Positions 38,712 through 52,400 of a stretch of DNA of 64,000 nucleotides are shown piece after piece. Each line of letters starts with the position of its first letter. Within the stretch, counting starts at the first letter, position 1. This DNA comes from the human T2T-CHM13v2.0 reference genome, Homo sapiens, in the NCBI RefSeq assembly GCF_009914755.1, contig NC_060932.1, one strand, 5' to 3'. Both the position numbers and the translations under genes were made by a program. The notes under the pieces are model-generated. The model made no database searches and was not told the DNA's origin. It saw only the letters and a list, made by a program, of their open reading frames with translations.

Positions 38712-39614
38712 AAATAGAACACTTTTAACTGCAACAATATATCTGCAACTGAAAAGCTATGAAAGAATCTCCTTTGACATACCACCCTCTGCCCTGCCCA
38801 CCCTCCTCCTAGTCAGTGCTGATGCAAAACGAAATACTTGAGGTTTACACCAAATGCTGCAGTGATTCTACCAGCACTGCCCTGACGTGGGGAGGGACAG
38901 GGGCTAACTAGATTTGGCCAGTAGAACCTGAGGAAGGGGCTGGGAGAACCTAGAGTCTGGAACTATTGGGACACTGAACACTTCTGAGTGAGAGGGCTGG
39001 TGCAGTCGGGCAGTTGCTAGAGCCAAAGCAAATCCCTGGGGAAGGAGGCTGTGCCTGGGTTTTCTCCTTGCAGACCTGGGGGCAAGGGTGTGCATGTGCC
39101 TGTGGTGTCATAATTAGTCTGGGGCCACAGGCTTTGGAATGTTAATTCTGGAGATATCATGCTACCTAGAGCTGTCTCTTGCCCAGAGAGCGTGTCCGTG
39201 TGTGGGCACTGTGAGGGGCCACAGCACTTCCATCTTGCTCTTATTTCTATCTATGGCCTGTTGAGTGCCAACTTCCTTCTTGGCTTAATGAGAAGGAGCC
39301 CAGCTTGAGAACTGGCCCCCACTGCCCAGCCCCTTCCCACACTGCATTGTGTCTGGTGGCAAAGAACTTGCTCGGCTTCTGGTGAGCAATTAGTCTAATT
39401 CATTCTCCCAGTTCTCTTTCCTATACAAGGCAAATCTCAGCTAAATAGAAACCTTCAGCACATTTTAATTCAGAATAGCACTAAAAACTGTTATTATGGG
39501 TAAGGTCTTTCGTGTATCTCCTGACAGAGCCTAAAATGACCAAATAGGTTGTTTATAAATGCATTCCTTGGCACATTTAAAGGCCTTGCATGCTGTTTCT
39601 AAATGGTTTCTAAT

Positions 39615-40053
39615 AGGTGGAGCACAGGGAACTTGTAAGGCAGTAAAACTATTCTGTAGGATACTATAATGGTGGACATATGACATTATTCATTTGGCAA
39701 AACCCAGAGAATTGTACAATGCAAAGACAGAATTATAATATAAATTATGAACTTTAGTAAATAATAATGTATTGGCCCGGCGCGGTGGCTCATGCCTGTA
39801 ATCCCGGCACTTTGAGAGGCCGAGGTGGGCAGATCACGAGGTCAGGAGATCGAGACTGTCCTGGCCAACATGGTGAAACCCCATTTCTACTAAAATACAA
39901 AAAATTAGCCGGGGCGTGGCAGTGCATGCCTGTAGTCCCAGCTTACTCAGGAGGCTGAGGCAGGGGAATCGCTTGAACCCAGGAGGCAGAGATTGCAGTG
40001 AGCCAAGATCGTGCCACTGTACTCCAGCCTGGCAACAGGGCGAGGCACCATCA

Positions 40054-40107
<54 letters not shown>

Positions 40108-40272
40108 GTCAATATTGGTATGTCAATTGTAACAAATGTACCATACTAATGCAGAAAGTTAATAATAAGGGAAATTGTTTGTGGAGGGGGCAAGGAGGCA
40201 TACAGAAACCCTCTGTACTCTCTGCTCAATTTTTCTGGGAAACCTAAAGATGCACCAAAAAAATCTATTATT
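39615..40272 (+). mobile_element. L1MC 3' end interrupted by an Alu
   Basis: aaaactattctgtaggatactataatggtggac...caattgtaacaaatgtaccatactaatgca...ctctgtactctctgctcaattttt. Confidence 0.85.
39774..40105 (+). mobile_element. AluSc-like with a 51-nt pure A tail
   Basis: gatcacgaggtcaggagatcgagac; A run 40055-40105. Confidence 0.97.
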
Positions 40273-41384
40273 AATTTTTTTAAATCCCAAGGCAAGAAAA
40301 CGCCCAAATGAGGACTTGTCTCAAAAGAGAGCCATGACCTTGGGCCCTCCTGTGGATCTCTGGGTGCCCCTAAGACCCCAGCTGGTCCCATGGCTGCTCT
40401 GGGCCATCCCCAGCCCCTGTGGATGGAGACACTCCCTCAGCAGCCCAAGCCTTCTGTGCACAGACCTGCAGCCCATTCCCGCTCTTCAGGGAGCAGCCTA
40501 CTCCAAATGCCATGTCTGGCACATTCGAGGAGCAACAGCAGCTTTGGGTTCATTAATTAGCAATTGGGGTGTTAAGCAGCATGCAGACCCAGGCTGCAGG
40601 TGTGAACCTTGCTTCCTCTCCATGCCTTAAAAATGCCACCCTATAAGGAACACCAATGATCCATCCCAAACTGGGAAGATGGTGAACTGTGAAAACTTCA
40701 AGGAAGGAAAGTATCATAGTTCCATTTCCACCAGCCATCATCTATGAATCCTTCAAATCTCGGTTCAGTGTCATCTCCCCAGGAGCTTCCTCTGGCACAC
40801 ACAGCCCCGGGCCTCTGGTTTGCTCCTGCTGGGTTCCCAGGGCACCCAGGCTCACCCTGCTGGAGATAACTCTTTCCCCATCTGTCTTTGTCACTAGTCT
40901 GGTGGATCCTGCAGAGAACAGGGACCTTATTTTATTCATCCTTGGGAAACCTCATGAAACATCCTGTAGCCTGTCTTGTTTTTAGCTACTAAGGCCTCAC
41001 CAAGGGGCCAGAGCCATGGGGTGGGTACAACACCGCCCTCTCTCCAGGGCTCATCCTGAATCACTTCTCCCTGAATCTCTTCTGAGGACCAAGCCCCATT
41101 CTGTACATCTCCACAGACCAGCCCTTGCCTGGAATAACATGTCTCAGACTTGCCCACTTCCCCTTCTCTTGCATAAAACTCAGAGCAAATGGGAGGAAGA
41201 AATGGGGCAGAAACGTTTTTACTATGAAAGAAGAAAGTGGGACAAAGGGATGCTCTGTAGAGTCGTGGTTCTAGATGGAAAGAAGCATCACCTACCAAAA
41301 GCTCCAGGGAAGGTGGGCTTCTGTCATTTGAGTAAGTTGCCTGATGTCTCAGACACCCCTCTCTCTTTTCCCTGGGTTAAGAAG

Positions 41385-41789
41385 TTGGTTGGTCTTCTGA
41401 TATGTCAGTTAGGCTAGGTACAGCCCCCAGACACTTAATCAAACATTAAGTATTTCCTGTAAGGCTAATTTATAGAGGTGATTAAAGTCCCTAATCAGAT
41501 GATTTTAAGAATGGGAAAGTATCCAAGATAATCAGGGTGGGTCTAATTCAATCAATTGAAAGGCCCTAAAAGCAAAGCTAAAGCTTCCCTGATAAAGGCG
41601 AAATCCTGACTTTGGGCAGTGGCTTCAGTCCATGAAGACAATTCCAGTCTTCCCTTCCTGAAAGCTTCCCCTAAGGGTTTCAGATTTGCCTAGCCAGCCC
41701 CCGACAATGACATAGCCAACTCCTTGCAATAAATCCCTTTATATGTCTCCTTCTGGCTCTGCTTCTCTGGTGGTACCTTGGCTCATACA
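41385..41789 (+). mobile_element. MLT2 (E/F-like) LTR
   Basis: gggtgggtctaattcaatcaattgaaaggcc, cagatttgcctagccagcccc, ccttgcaataaatc, ends ataca. Confidence 0.8.
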
Positions 41790-43589
41790 AGAACTAAAAC
41801 TCTTAAGTAGTCACTGCAGTTCTACCAGCAGACACTCAGGAGGATGAGACAAGGAGGGGACTTAATAGTCATCAAGCACTTTATATAAAGATCAGGCAAT
41901 TCACATGTGATAAGCATTTATCTTAATCTTCGCAATAACCCCATTGTCCTGATTTTTCAGTGTGGGTGACTTAAATTTTCTGTGCGACAGCTTCATTTTT
42001 TGTGAGGGAAAGGGAAGACTCCCAAGTGACCCACCTATGACCACAATTCAGAGACAAAGCAAGGGTCTTGCTGTGTTGAGTACACATCTGCAGGAATAGG
42101 AAGCCTATATTTCCCATAACAAACAATCTGGGCAAAGTGTGAGGGGGTGCAGGAAGGGGTGAAAGCACAACAGCAGCAGATGACACATGCTCTTTGTTCA
42201 TATTCTCCTCCTCAAAAGTTTGCCACTGAGCTGCCACTGGGCAAGATTTCAAGAAGCAGCCAGAGAGGAGAGATTGGCTCCTCTTGACGATGCATGAGAA
42301 TGCCTAAGAAGGTGACAGGTCCCACTATAAGCCATCAGCCCTCATGCTGCAAGGGCGGGTATGGGGGAAGCAGAGTTTTCCCACGGCATAAAATTGCCTG
42401 TTCCACAAAAAACAGCTCCTGGATTTCCCAAGTCAAGGTCCTCAGCTCACCTTTCCTCCAGCACCCAGCCACCAGTGGCAGTGAACAATAGAGACTGATC
42501 CAAAAAGACTCCTTCTTGTATTTGGTTTCAGGGTGAGAGAAGTGCTAGGGCTCATTTCCCTAATATCTCAAAGGTGAACTTCAAGACTGGGTTGACGGGT
42601 GAGTACTCCACTCCACCAAAGAACCCTGATAAAGCACCCACTCAGTGTCAGGGGCTGTGCTGGGGAACAAGGTGGGATGCAAAGGTGAATGATGGGGGGA
42701 CCCTGCCTTCCAGGAGTTTATAACTTAGCATGTCGACCAACTCTACGTTCAAAAACAACTCTGGGTCAAAGCAAGATCAGTGCTATAGTAGAGTACAATC
42801 ATTTCTTCATTCCATCAACATTTCTTCATGCAGTAAACACTGCAGATTTGGTGTTGGAGTGCTTTCACCAGGCAGCAGGAATGTGACATTGCAACAAAGA
42901 TGGAGGAGGAGAATAAAAAGGCACCCTAGAGGAGGTGGTCCTGAAATGAACAGCTCCTGTCCTGAACTGTAACTGCTTCTCCTGAAAACTCTACTTCCTA
43001 ACAGCCTCCAGGTCTTAGGCAACACTGAACTAAGCAGTCAGCCACAGAGAACAACAAACCAGGCAGAAATGTCCCAGGTGGGTGGCAGTGTGTGTGTGGG
43101 TGACTTAAATTTTCTGTGCGACAGCTTCATTTTTTGCGAACTGGGAGTAATTATGCCAACTTTTCCAATTTCATAAGGCCATGGTGAGGATTAAACCTGA
43201 TAGAAAGAAGGGTGTCGTTTCAAAATATTTAACCCCAGGTATTGCCTGGATACTGATAAGTCAGAACAGATGTTGGGCTTGGGTGGGGTGGTGGTGAGGG
43301 TGCCAATTGTTAACACTTTCTTTGCTGGATCAAGCGGGGCTTGGAATAGCAGTATTAGAAGGTGGGAAGGAGGGGACTCGGGAGGATGGGCTGAAGCTAC
43401 GTCCAATCTCACAGTGGAGAACTTCGACATTTCAACCACTGAACTTGTCCACTGAATATCAACCTTGCTCCTAATGCTCCCACAGGGAGAAAAGTGCTGA
43501 TCAGTTTCATATGGACATGAAGATTTGGTTCTGCCTTCTTTGTCAGTCTCACCCCCTCCACAATTCCATTCCTGAGCCCCACTCACTCA

Positions 43590-43722
43590 GCACAAATGCA
43601 CACACACAGACACACACACAGGCATACACTCACACACAGACACACACACACAGAAAGACACAGGCACACACTCAGCACACAGACAAATATGCACAAACAT
43701 GGACACGAACACACACACACAC
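43590..43722. repeat. Degenerate (CA)n-rich repeat
   Basis: Directly visible. Confidence 0.85.
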
Positions 43723-44799
43723 CAGCAATACTAAACTACCATGCTTTCTCAGTTCTATGACACCATTAAGCATATGAAACACCATCAGTTTAATAATAAG
43801 TCAGGGGATGTGGTATGGAGAGAGCAGAAACTACATTAAATATACAATTCAATTGACTCCGACTTCAAGAGTCAACCCTGTTTTAGGTATTAGGCCAAGG
43901 GTTCTCAACTTTAGTGGGCTTAAAGTTCTAAAAAGGTGTGTACAATGGAAGAAAGGGGCCAAGACAATTTCATGTGGTGGAAAGATCACTTACTGACATA
44001 TGAAGGACAAAGGGAAAGTGAAGAAGTGGAGGGGGAAGTGACATTTCTTTCCCCTTTTATGAACAGAGCCAGCCCCTGTGCCCCAAGGCTGGGCACCTTT
44101 GCTTCCTACACTGGCTGTCAAAACAAACTGAAAATGCCTCTGCGCCCATGCCTTTACCAGAAGACATTCCTGCACAGACAGGCAGGTCCTGCCGAGGAAG
44201 AGAGAGAAAAAGAGGGAGTGGTGAGTTAGGCAGGAGGGCAGGGACCCTTCCCAGTTTCACCCCAGGAGCAGCCACAGCAAAGAGCCCTCCTTCAGGCCAG
44301 CGGAGACAGCACAGCCACCTGCCTCGAATGGACCCACGATCTTATTTATTTGGTCTTTCAGTGGCAGCGGACGCCCTTTCCAAAAACTCAGGCTCTGAGA
44401 CCATCTCTAGTGGACAAGGAGAGCAGAATCCCAAAACAAAGTGATTGATTTTTCTCTCCACCCTGGCAAGTAGGGGCTTACAGCCAGATTAAACTGGATT
44501 TAGCCAGGTTACACTGGCCTCTGAACAAATCAATGTGTGTAGCACTTCCTGCATCTAAGAACCGGGTGGTACTTCAGACGGGCTTCACTTCAGTCCCAGG
44601 ATCAAAGCAGCACACTATTTTCAGTCCCAAGCCATCCCCATTTTCTGTCCTCCCTGACCGTCTTTGGTGCTGTTCCTTCTCCCTGGGACACCCTTCCTCC
44701 CTCACAGGGATCAAGGCACAGAGTGAAGCTGTTGGCTTGTTCCCTTGTCTTTCACCATCACTACAGTATTTGGCTGGAGGTGCTCAAATGTACACTGTC

Positions 44800-44965
44800 C
44801 TCAACTACCTGAACAGTTTGTAAAAAATACATCTTCCTGGTGCTGCCTCCCCAGAGTCTAGCTCGGCAGGTCTGCAGCAGAGTGCAAAAGACTGTATCTT
44901 TCACATGCTCTCCAGGTCACTGATGCTCAAGCAGCCCCCAGACCACATCCTGGGGAACTCCGAGC
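44800..44965. mobile_element. MER5-family hAT relic
   Basis: ctccccagagtct...tgtatctttcacatgctctccaggt...gaccacatcctgggga. Confidence 0.55.
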
Positions 44966-45555
44966 TAACGAAGAGGGCAGGGACTCTGTCTCGTTCATCC
45001 ATTACATGATGGGGTGGAGGCTTCAATAAGTAGATGCTGGCTGACTGGCAAAGGTAAGTCGCTGGGTGGGTAGCTCAGGAAATGAGTGAGTGCATAAATT
45101 AATCTAGTTTATTACTAGTTTATTACTGACTCATTCAGTCAGCCACCCACCCACCCACCACCTAATTAATTATGCTACGTATCCAATGACTGTAAAAAGT
45201 ATTGTGCAGAATATAAATGTCGGGTAACATCGTTTTTTTAAAAAAATCATTGTGGACTATATGTACAACATGGAATCGTTTTCCCAAAATTCTCCCTGGA
45301 AAGCTTTGGCATATATTCCATGGAGATACTTTCAAGAATCCAGCAATGTCTTAAGTCTATTTGCCAAGTACTGCTGTGGAGAGTTTGAAGCTTCTGCCTC
45401 TACTACATGGAGTGAGCTTCTGGGTGTACTGGAGTCCCTTCTGTGCACGCTCTGGTCTTCTAGGCATCCCCCTGACCTTCAATCCAGCTGGTGTTCGACT
45501 CTCTACCTGATGCTGTGCCCTGGGGATACAGGGATGAATTAAACATGGGCCCTGC

Positions 45556-46158
45556 TACGCTAGGCAGACTTGTAAGATCTCCTCCCCTGGTGTGCATACC
45601 CTGTACAGCGCCCTCCCATGAAAGTGAGCAAGACTTGTGAATATGATGGGATGAAATTCCAGCAACTATTTTTACCTTATGTGGCCAAAAGGATTTTGCA
45701 AATGTAGTTAAGTTCCCAGTCAACTTTGAGTTAATCAAGGAGATTATCCTGGGTGGGCCTGACCAAATCTAGTGAGCCATAAAAGAGGTCAGAGAGTCAA
45801 AACGTTGGGGAGCATGTTGCCATGTAACCACAAGGGCTGTATAGTAGCAAAGGGCACTAGGCAGCTAGGAGCTGGGAGCCAACCCTGGATGACAGCCAGC
45901 AAGATAACAAGGCCTCGGTCCTACAACTGCAAGGAACTGAACTCTGCCAACAACCAGTGAGCTTGGAAGAGGACCCTGAGCCTCAGATGAGATGCAGCCC
46001 TGCCTGACACCTTGACTTCTGCCACATGAGACTCTTGAGTGGAGAACACAGCTATACCATGTGAGGACTTCTGACCTACAGAACTTGTAAGATAATAAAT
46101 GCATGTTTTACTTTGCTAAATTTGTGGTAATTTGTTATATAGCAGTAAAATCTCAAAG
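45556..46158 (+). mobile_element. MLT1E-like MaLR solo LTR
   Basis: ggagattatcctgggtgggcctgac, cctacaactgcaaggaactgaactctgccaacaacc, aataaa, aaatttgtggtaatttgttatatagcag. Confidence 0.9.
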
Positions 46159-47056
46159 AGTCCTTTCCCCCAAGAAGCTCATAGACACCTAGGGGTGACA
46201 AATACAAGCTAGTAATTACTATGCTATATTGTTTTCAAGACTACAGCAATTCATAGCTTTAGTAGTTTTCAAAATTGAGCCAAATTTGCCTTCGGAAAGT
46301 TTTTCCTATTCATCTCTAATCCATCTATGCATTCACTTAATTTACAAACTTAAGTTGAGCTCCTATTCTGTGCCTGATACTGTGCTAGACACTGAGGACC
46401 CAAGGTGACACAGATACAGTTCCTGATCCCCTGACCTTGGACCAAAATGTCACTCCCAAACCTTGCACAACCCACTCATGCCCCAAGACCCAGCTTAAGT
46501 GCCACCTCCTTGACCTAACTTCCTAGATCTCCTGTAAAAAAAAAAAAAATAGCTCATCCTCAGAATTCCCACAGCAAATTTCATGGTACTCTGCTTAACA
46601 CGTCTTGGTTCCACTGTGTGTTTCAACTGTCTGTGCATCTCACTGGACTGTGACCTCCTTGGGGACAGGGGACATCCCTCATCATCTACCTTCACAACCT
46701 AATGTCTGACAGGTAGAAGATGCTCTGAAAATACTGGTTGAATACTGAACACCTCACCATTTATCCCTGGATTTCCTTGCCAGCTAGCCCTGGGTTCTCC
46801 CTATTTCCCTATTTTAGAGTCAGTGCATATTGAAATGGAGGAGAAATACATCAGGGGAGACACTGGGACAGTTGGATATGCAGCCCCATTCTAAGACTGG
46901 CCTTGCCTGATGCCCAGAATTAACCAAATTTTTTGGAATAATAATCCTTGGTCATGATTATAAGGGTTCTTTGCTTATGCAGAAGGTCAATTTCAGAAGC
47001 ATTACTCATACACTGAATTTTTGCCTGTCAAATCTTATTTTTTAAATGATAGATTT

Positions 47057-47215
47057 AGTCTGGCATGGTGGTGTGCACCTGTAGTCCCAGCTACTCAGGA
47101 GGATGAGGCAAGAGGATCGCTTGAGCCCAGGAGGTCATGGCTGCAGTGAGCTGTGATGGCACCACTTCAGTGTAGCTGGGTGACAGAATGAGACCCTGTC
47201 TCAAAAAATATAATA
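47057..47215 (+). mobile_element. FRAM or AluJ right monomer
   Basis: Single Alu right arm with an A-rich tail. Confidence 0.9.
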
Positions 47216-47984
47216 AAAGATAAAATAATTAAGTGATGGGGTTGCTGTTTACTTAAGGAATGACTATAATGAGCCTTATTTTAAAGTGAGGACTCAAAAA
47301 TTGTTTTTTGATAACACCACTAATTCGAAAAGCATGTAAGGTAGGCTAAAATAACTGGAGAACATGAGAGTAAAACTGAAGATTTTCCTAAAGGGAGAGG
47401 TAAATTAATGGGAAGAGGAAGAAGATAGGCCAAGAATTTGGAACAAGATAATCCCTGAGCTTCTTGAAAACCAGGACAAAGAGGGAAAGATGTTGGACTT
47501 TTTAGCTGTTGCTGCCAGATGGAAAGAAGCAAACCCGTCCACCTGGGAGAGAACCCTGTCCTTGGAGCTCAATTATGAGTGGCTCATGAGCGAGATCCAT
47601 GAGAAAATGCATTGCATGCAAAGTATGTGTCCCAGTGCCTGGCACACAGTAAGTGCCCAGTGACAGCCAGTTAGCAGCAGCTGCAGCAGCAGCCACCTTT
47701 CCCTTTCCCAGAGGTCTTTAAAAGGAGAACTGGATGGCATCTAACGTTACCTTTCACTACAGCTCTGCAGAAACTAACAGTCACATTTTTCTAACAGGAA
47801 TTTGGGATATGCTGAGTTCCCCCAATGTCAAGGTCATGTCATTACACGATAACTCTGGAGAGAGATTTTTGGAGACCGCTTAGCTAATTTATAGATAGCG
47901 TGACAGATGGCAAAGTGGGACTCTGTTGCTTCTGTTTCAGCCAGGGCTTCATACAGCAGCCATCACCTGTCCCCTGAGGCCAGA

Positions 47985-48150
47985 CCAGCACATCTCTGAC
48001 CTCACCGTACACACAAAGCACCTGGGCATCTTGCTCCGGTATTTTCTGACCGTTAAGTCTGGGATGGGCCTTAAAAGCCCCCTTTCTATAAAGCTGCAGG
48101 TGATGCTGTTGCCACAGAGGGGCAGCCAGTTCCTGGAGCAGGTGCTGGGA
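47985..48150. mobile_element. MER5-family hAT relic
   Basis: cacctggg...gtctgggatgggcc...gcaggtgatgctg. Confidence 0.55.
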
Positions 48151-49264
48151 CAACTAACCAGGTCTGCATGGAGCAGGCTGCTGAAAACCCATTGTGAGAA
48201 CCAAACTGTAAACATGCATAAAGGTTCCACCTGAGGAGGTGAGAATGAGAGTGTTATTTTAAGAGAAATTGTTTGGCACCTTGTGAATTCAATGTTGCCT
48301 GAGGGAGGTGAGAGGGGCTTCACACATTGTTGCCTAAGATCTAGCAAGAAGAGCTCTAAGAGACCACCTGGAGAGTGTACTGTCCCCAGACCTTGGGGAC
48401 GCAGCAGTGAGTAGTGCAGTGGGCTTGATTACAGGGGACACCGACATGGGATTGGGGACGTAGGAATGTCAGACTAGAGATGCAATATGGCTTCTGCCAG
48501 CTGGAAAGCCTCTCTCAGCAGAAAGAGAAGGAGGTGGCCCTGGGTGTGGCAGCTTAAGAAGCAGCTCTGGAGAGGCACTGCAGGGGTAGAAACACAGAAG
48601 CAGGACAGGTGTTGGTGAGGGAGGCTACCAGGAACCCAGGAAAGACCCATGAGAGGAATCAGCAGCTCTGAATATCTGCTAGGGCTAGAGAAAAACAAAC
48701 TGGCATATCAGGGACACACACACACAACACACACAAGGCCTCCTCCTGTCTCCACCTCCCTCCTTTTCCATGCTCCCACCCAAAGGAACTAGAAGCTGGT
48801 CTGGGACTGTTGCTGCCTACAATGAGATCATTCCTGGACTCAAACAACTGAGGGACTTTTCATTCTCTAAGCACAAGGACAAGCTGTGGGCTGCCGAGGT
48901 TTCTTTGACCGTGGAGGGATGGAGCCCAGCTCCCAAGCGTGGGTTGAAATGGGCAACATGGAGATGATATGGAGCTGCTGCTGGTGGCCCAGGCATCCTT
49001 CCTGTTCAATGAATGGCTTCCACCACTCTTTTGAGCACCAATTCAGTGCCAGCTGGCCTTTTCTGGGGTTAGGCAACTAGGATTTGAACCTTAGCTCTAT
49101 CCCTTACTTATGGTGCTATGCAGAAGGTTCACCCCATGGCACCCCAGAGAGGACTGAGAATGAAGCAAGCCCACTGCCTGGCGCTTGGCACCCCACAGGG
49201 CATGCAGCAGGGCTCAGCCAATAGTCCCTTGCCGATTCCAGAAAAACAATTTGATTTGTGCTTT

Positions 49265-49465
49265 AAAATGGTGCTTCTCCAACATGAAAGAGCTTGAGAA
49301 TCACCAAGGGCAGTGATTAAAAATGCAAACTTTGTAGCTCCCCCCACCCGCCGGCCCCAATAAATTCTAATTCATAAGTCTCTATGGGGCTTAGGAACCT
49401 GCTTTGCATCTCCCCTTCTGGGTGATTCTGACTCAGGTGATCCATAAAGCACACATTTTGAGGAA
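49265..49465. mobile_element. MER5A-like hAT relic
   Basis: gaatcacc...ttaaaaatgca...ggtgattctga...cacattttgag. Confidence 0.65.
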
Positions 49466-52400
49466 AAGATGTTCAGGATGGCTCTTAGGTGAGGAAGCAG
49501 AGTGTACTGTTCTACCCCAAAGGAATATTGCGACACCTCCAACCAGGATTCAGCCAGGACCTCAGGGCTCTGGGTGAAATGTTTTAAACAGGAAACAGAA
49601 ATTCTTTTGCAAATGCCACTGGCCACCTGAGCTGTCTGAAGGTAAAAGAAGTGTGCATATTTGTGCATCCCACATATGAGCCCTCAGCCTAAGCAATGGT
49701 AGTGTCACAGGGAAGAAACCCGGCAAACTCCCAGAGACAGGAGAGAGGCATGATGATGGCCCTGTGGGGATTCTGGCAATGAAGGCAGGATAGCATGGCC
49801 ACCTCCCCTGCCCTGGGACAGCAGGAAGAGGACAGTCCATCACTGTCCAGCAGCACTTCTGGGGCCACATACAATGTCTATGAATGGACCCCAACTGCAA
49901 AACAGGATCTTGCTGTGGTCCCAAACAAACCTAGCACTTAGTTCTGTTGACCCGGATCACTTAAAGCAAAGTGATAAAGCAAGTGACCGGGGAGGCAGCC
50001 TCGATGTCCCATCCACCACCTCCCAACACATCAGCTTTGTGACCTCCTCTCTCCACTGACACCTCACAGTGGAGTACACACTAGGCTCTCAAGAAGTATT
50101 TCTTGCATAAGTCAAAGGACGAATGGATGAATTAGTGAAAAAATGAGTGAATGAATGAATGCACAAACTTATCTCCCATTTCCAAGTTTCCTTTCTTCAA
50201 CCCAATCTATATCATGCAACCAAAGTGTTCTCGCCACGCTACAAATGATCTTAAGTTCCCCTTCTACCCAACACCTTCAGTGGCTCCCACTGGATCATGT
50301 GCAAACCTCCAGCTATGTCAGGACTTCCACAACCCAGCTCCTACCTATACATCCTTCATCTATTTGCAGCTTTCTGAAAACACTGTTTCTTTGTGTTTCT
50401 CAAAATCCTTCTTCACCTACGTTATTTCAAGTCACCCTTCAGACTTCAGTTTAAGCATCACCTCCTCCAGGAAGCCTTCCCTGACTGCCTCAGGCTGGGT
50501 TAAGTCGCCTTTCAGTCAGCAGTTAATTATTAATTCAGCAGAAGGTTATTAAATACCTACTCTATGTAGCACACACACCACTTTGAGTTTCCATACCATT
50601 CTATACAGATCTCCATTTATCTCCATTCCCCATGCCTATACAGGCCAGAATCCGAGAGGAATGAAATGATTGTGAAATGAATAAATAAATGGATCCTATA
50701 ATTCCCAGGAGACTTGTGTGCTGCAATGGTTAAAAAACGTTGTCAGACGTTGTCAAGGACACCGCAAGATGGAAAATACCCCCTTTCTTCCAGAACAGAG
50801 CAAAGCTTTTGTCACATATGGCACAGGCAGCAGATTCACCGCATCCATTTTCAGAAGCTGAGGTTCCTGCCTGTCTTCTCCAAGAAGCAGGGCTTCCTCA
50901 GCATGTCTGTGTCACGCTGTCTGCAGGAGCACGTGACTGGGGAATCCCATCTGTTCTCACCCGCACGCCCACCCATGACAAATGAATTCATCTGCAGTGT
51001 TTGCCAGGAGCTGCTTTGGGAGCAAAGGAGACTGGTGATGAATTATTCATCCTGAGGAGACGCCCGCCCCAGGTTTCCAGAGCGGGTGCAGCCTGGAGAA
51101 GCACCCCTCTCAATTGCAGGGCTCAGGCCCCAGGACACAAAATAATAGTTAATAATAGTGAGCACATCTACCATGTATTGACTTCCTACAATACACGCTG
51201 TTGGGAGCTTAACCTATATTATTTAATTTCATTTTCACAATAGCCCCTCGAGGTTTCATCATCCCCATTTTCAGCATCACAGAGGGGGAAGGTCACCAGC
51301 CCCTGGTCCCACAGGTTCCTCTGATCTCCAGAAGATGTGCTTGCCCCTGCAGAAGGGCAGAGAGTCAGGAGGGAGCAGGGAAGCCCAGGGAAGCCCAGGG
51401 AGGGATCCCCTCTAGCAGAGCTGAGAGATGCCTGGCCTCCCCTCAACCCCACTAGATTTAACATTCAGAGCAGCACGTGGATCAGGCAGGATGACTTGCT
51501 CGGAGCCCTCGCCAGCCCAAGGCATGTCAAATGCAGCTGCTATTTCCAGCAGCTATTCTACCAGAGAAGCCCTGTCACATCTGATATGGCTGAATCCATG
51601 ATTTTGGAGGATGGATGTGCAGTCAGCAATGGCTATACAACAGATACTAGAACAGTTGCTGGGAGCTGGGGAGGAAGGGGAATGAGGGGACCCCTTAGGA
51701 GCTTAACACTTGATACAATTATCCATCTTCAACCCCATGGACTGACGGTGGGAAAGGTGGAGAGACAGGTGGCATGATCCTTTTAGGAGAAACAAAAGCG
51801 GAAGAATAGCAAAATAATAGACAGAGGGAGCAAACAAACACTGTGCGTGATAGAAACGCATGACCCACCTCATTTCACAAGGAATTTGGAGCCACCTACA
51901 AGATCAAATACATGACAGCAAAACCGAAATATGTAAATAAGAAATCAGAGGAGTGATAAATAATGAACGAGGAACAGTGTGTCCGGCAGAAGTAGGGATG
52001 GAAAGTGGGCTGAGTTAGGGCTCCGAGCCCCAGACCACCTCCCGGAGAGGGGCTGCTGTCAGCTGTGTTAGAGACACTTGGCAGTTATCGTGTCACTCAG
52101 GTGTTCTCTGGCCTGATTGCATCAGCTCACCAAAGCAAGGGCAATTAAAGGCCATCAAAGCTAGCACAGGTGTGGAAAACTATGGCTGGCAGCCTCCTGG
52201 GCTGACTCTCAGCCTCCCTCTGAACCATCTACTGCCTCAACCTCCACTCCAGGGTACTTCTCTCTTGTCTTTCATTTCTACTCCTGCAGCCTGCGTTTCC
52301 TCCCAGGTCTGCTCCTCAGCCTGATGTCTTTGTCAGCCTGAGTGTAGCAGGCATAAGGATTCAGGAACCTCTACTCCAGTCAGCTCCAGTGCAATGACAC

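Noticed and set aside
39834-40247. Poly-Lys and poly-Phe ORFs
   Set aside because: Translations of an Alu and its poly(A) tail.
45104-45127. 11-bp tandem duplication ctagtttatta
   Set aside because: Ordinary slippage event with no sign of function.
51850-51960. Possible L4/RTE-X relic
   Set aside because: Similarity rests on one short recalled motif; too weak to call.
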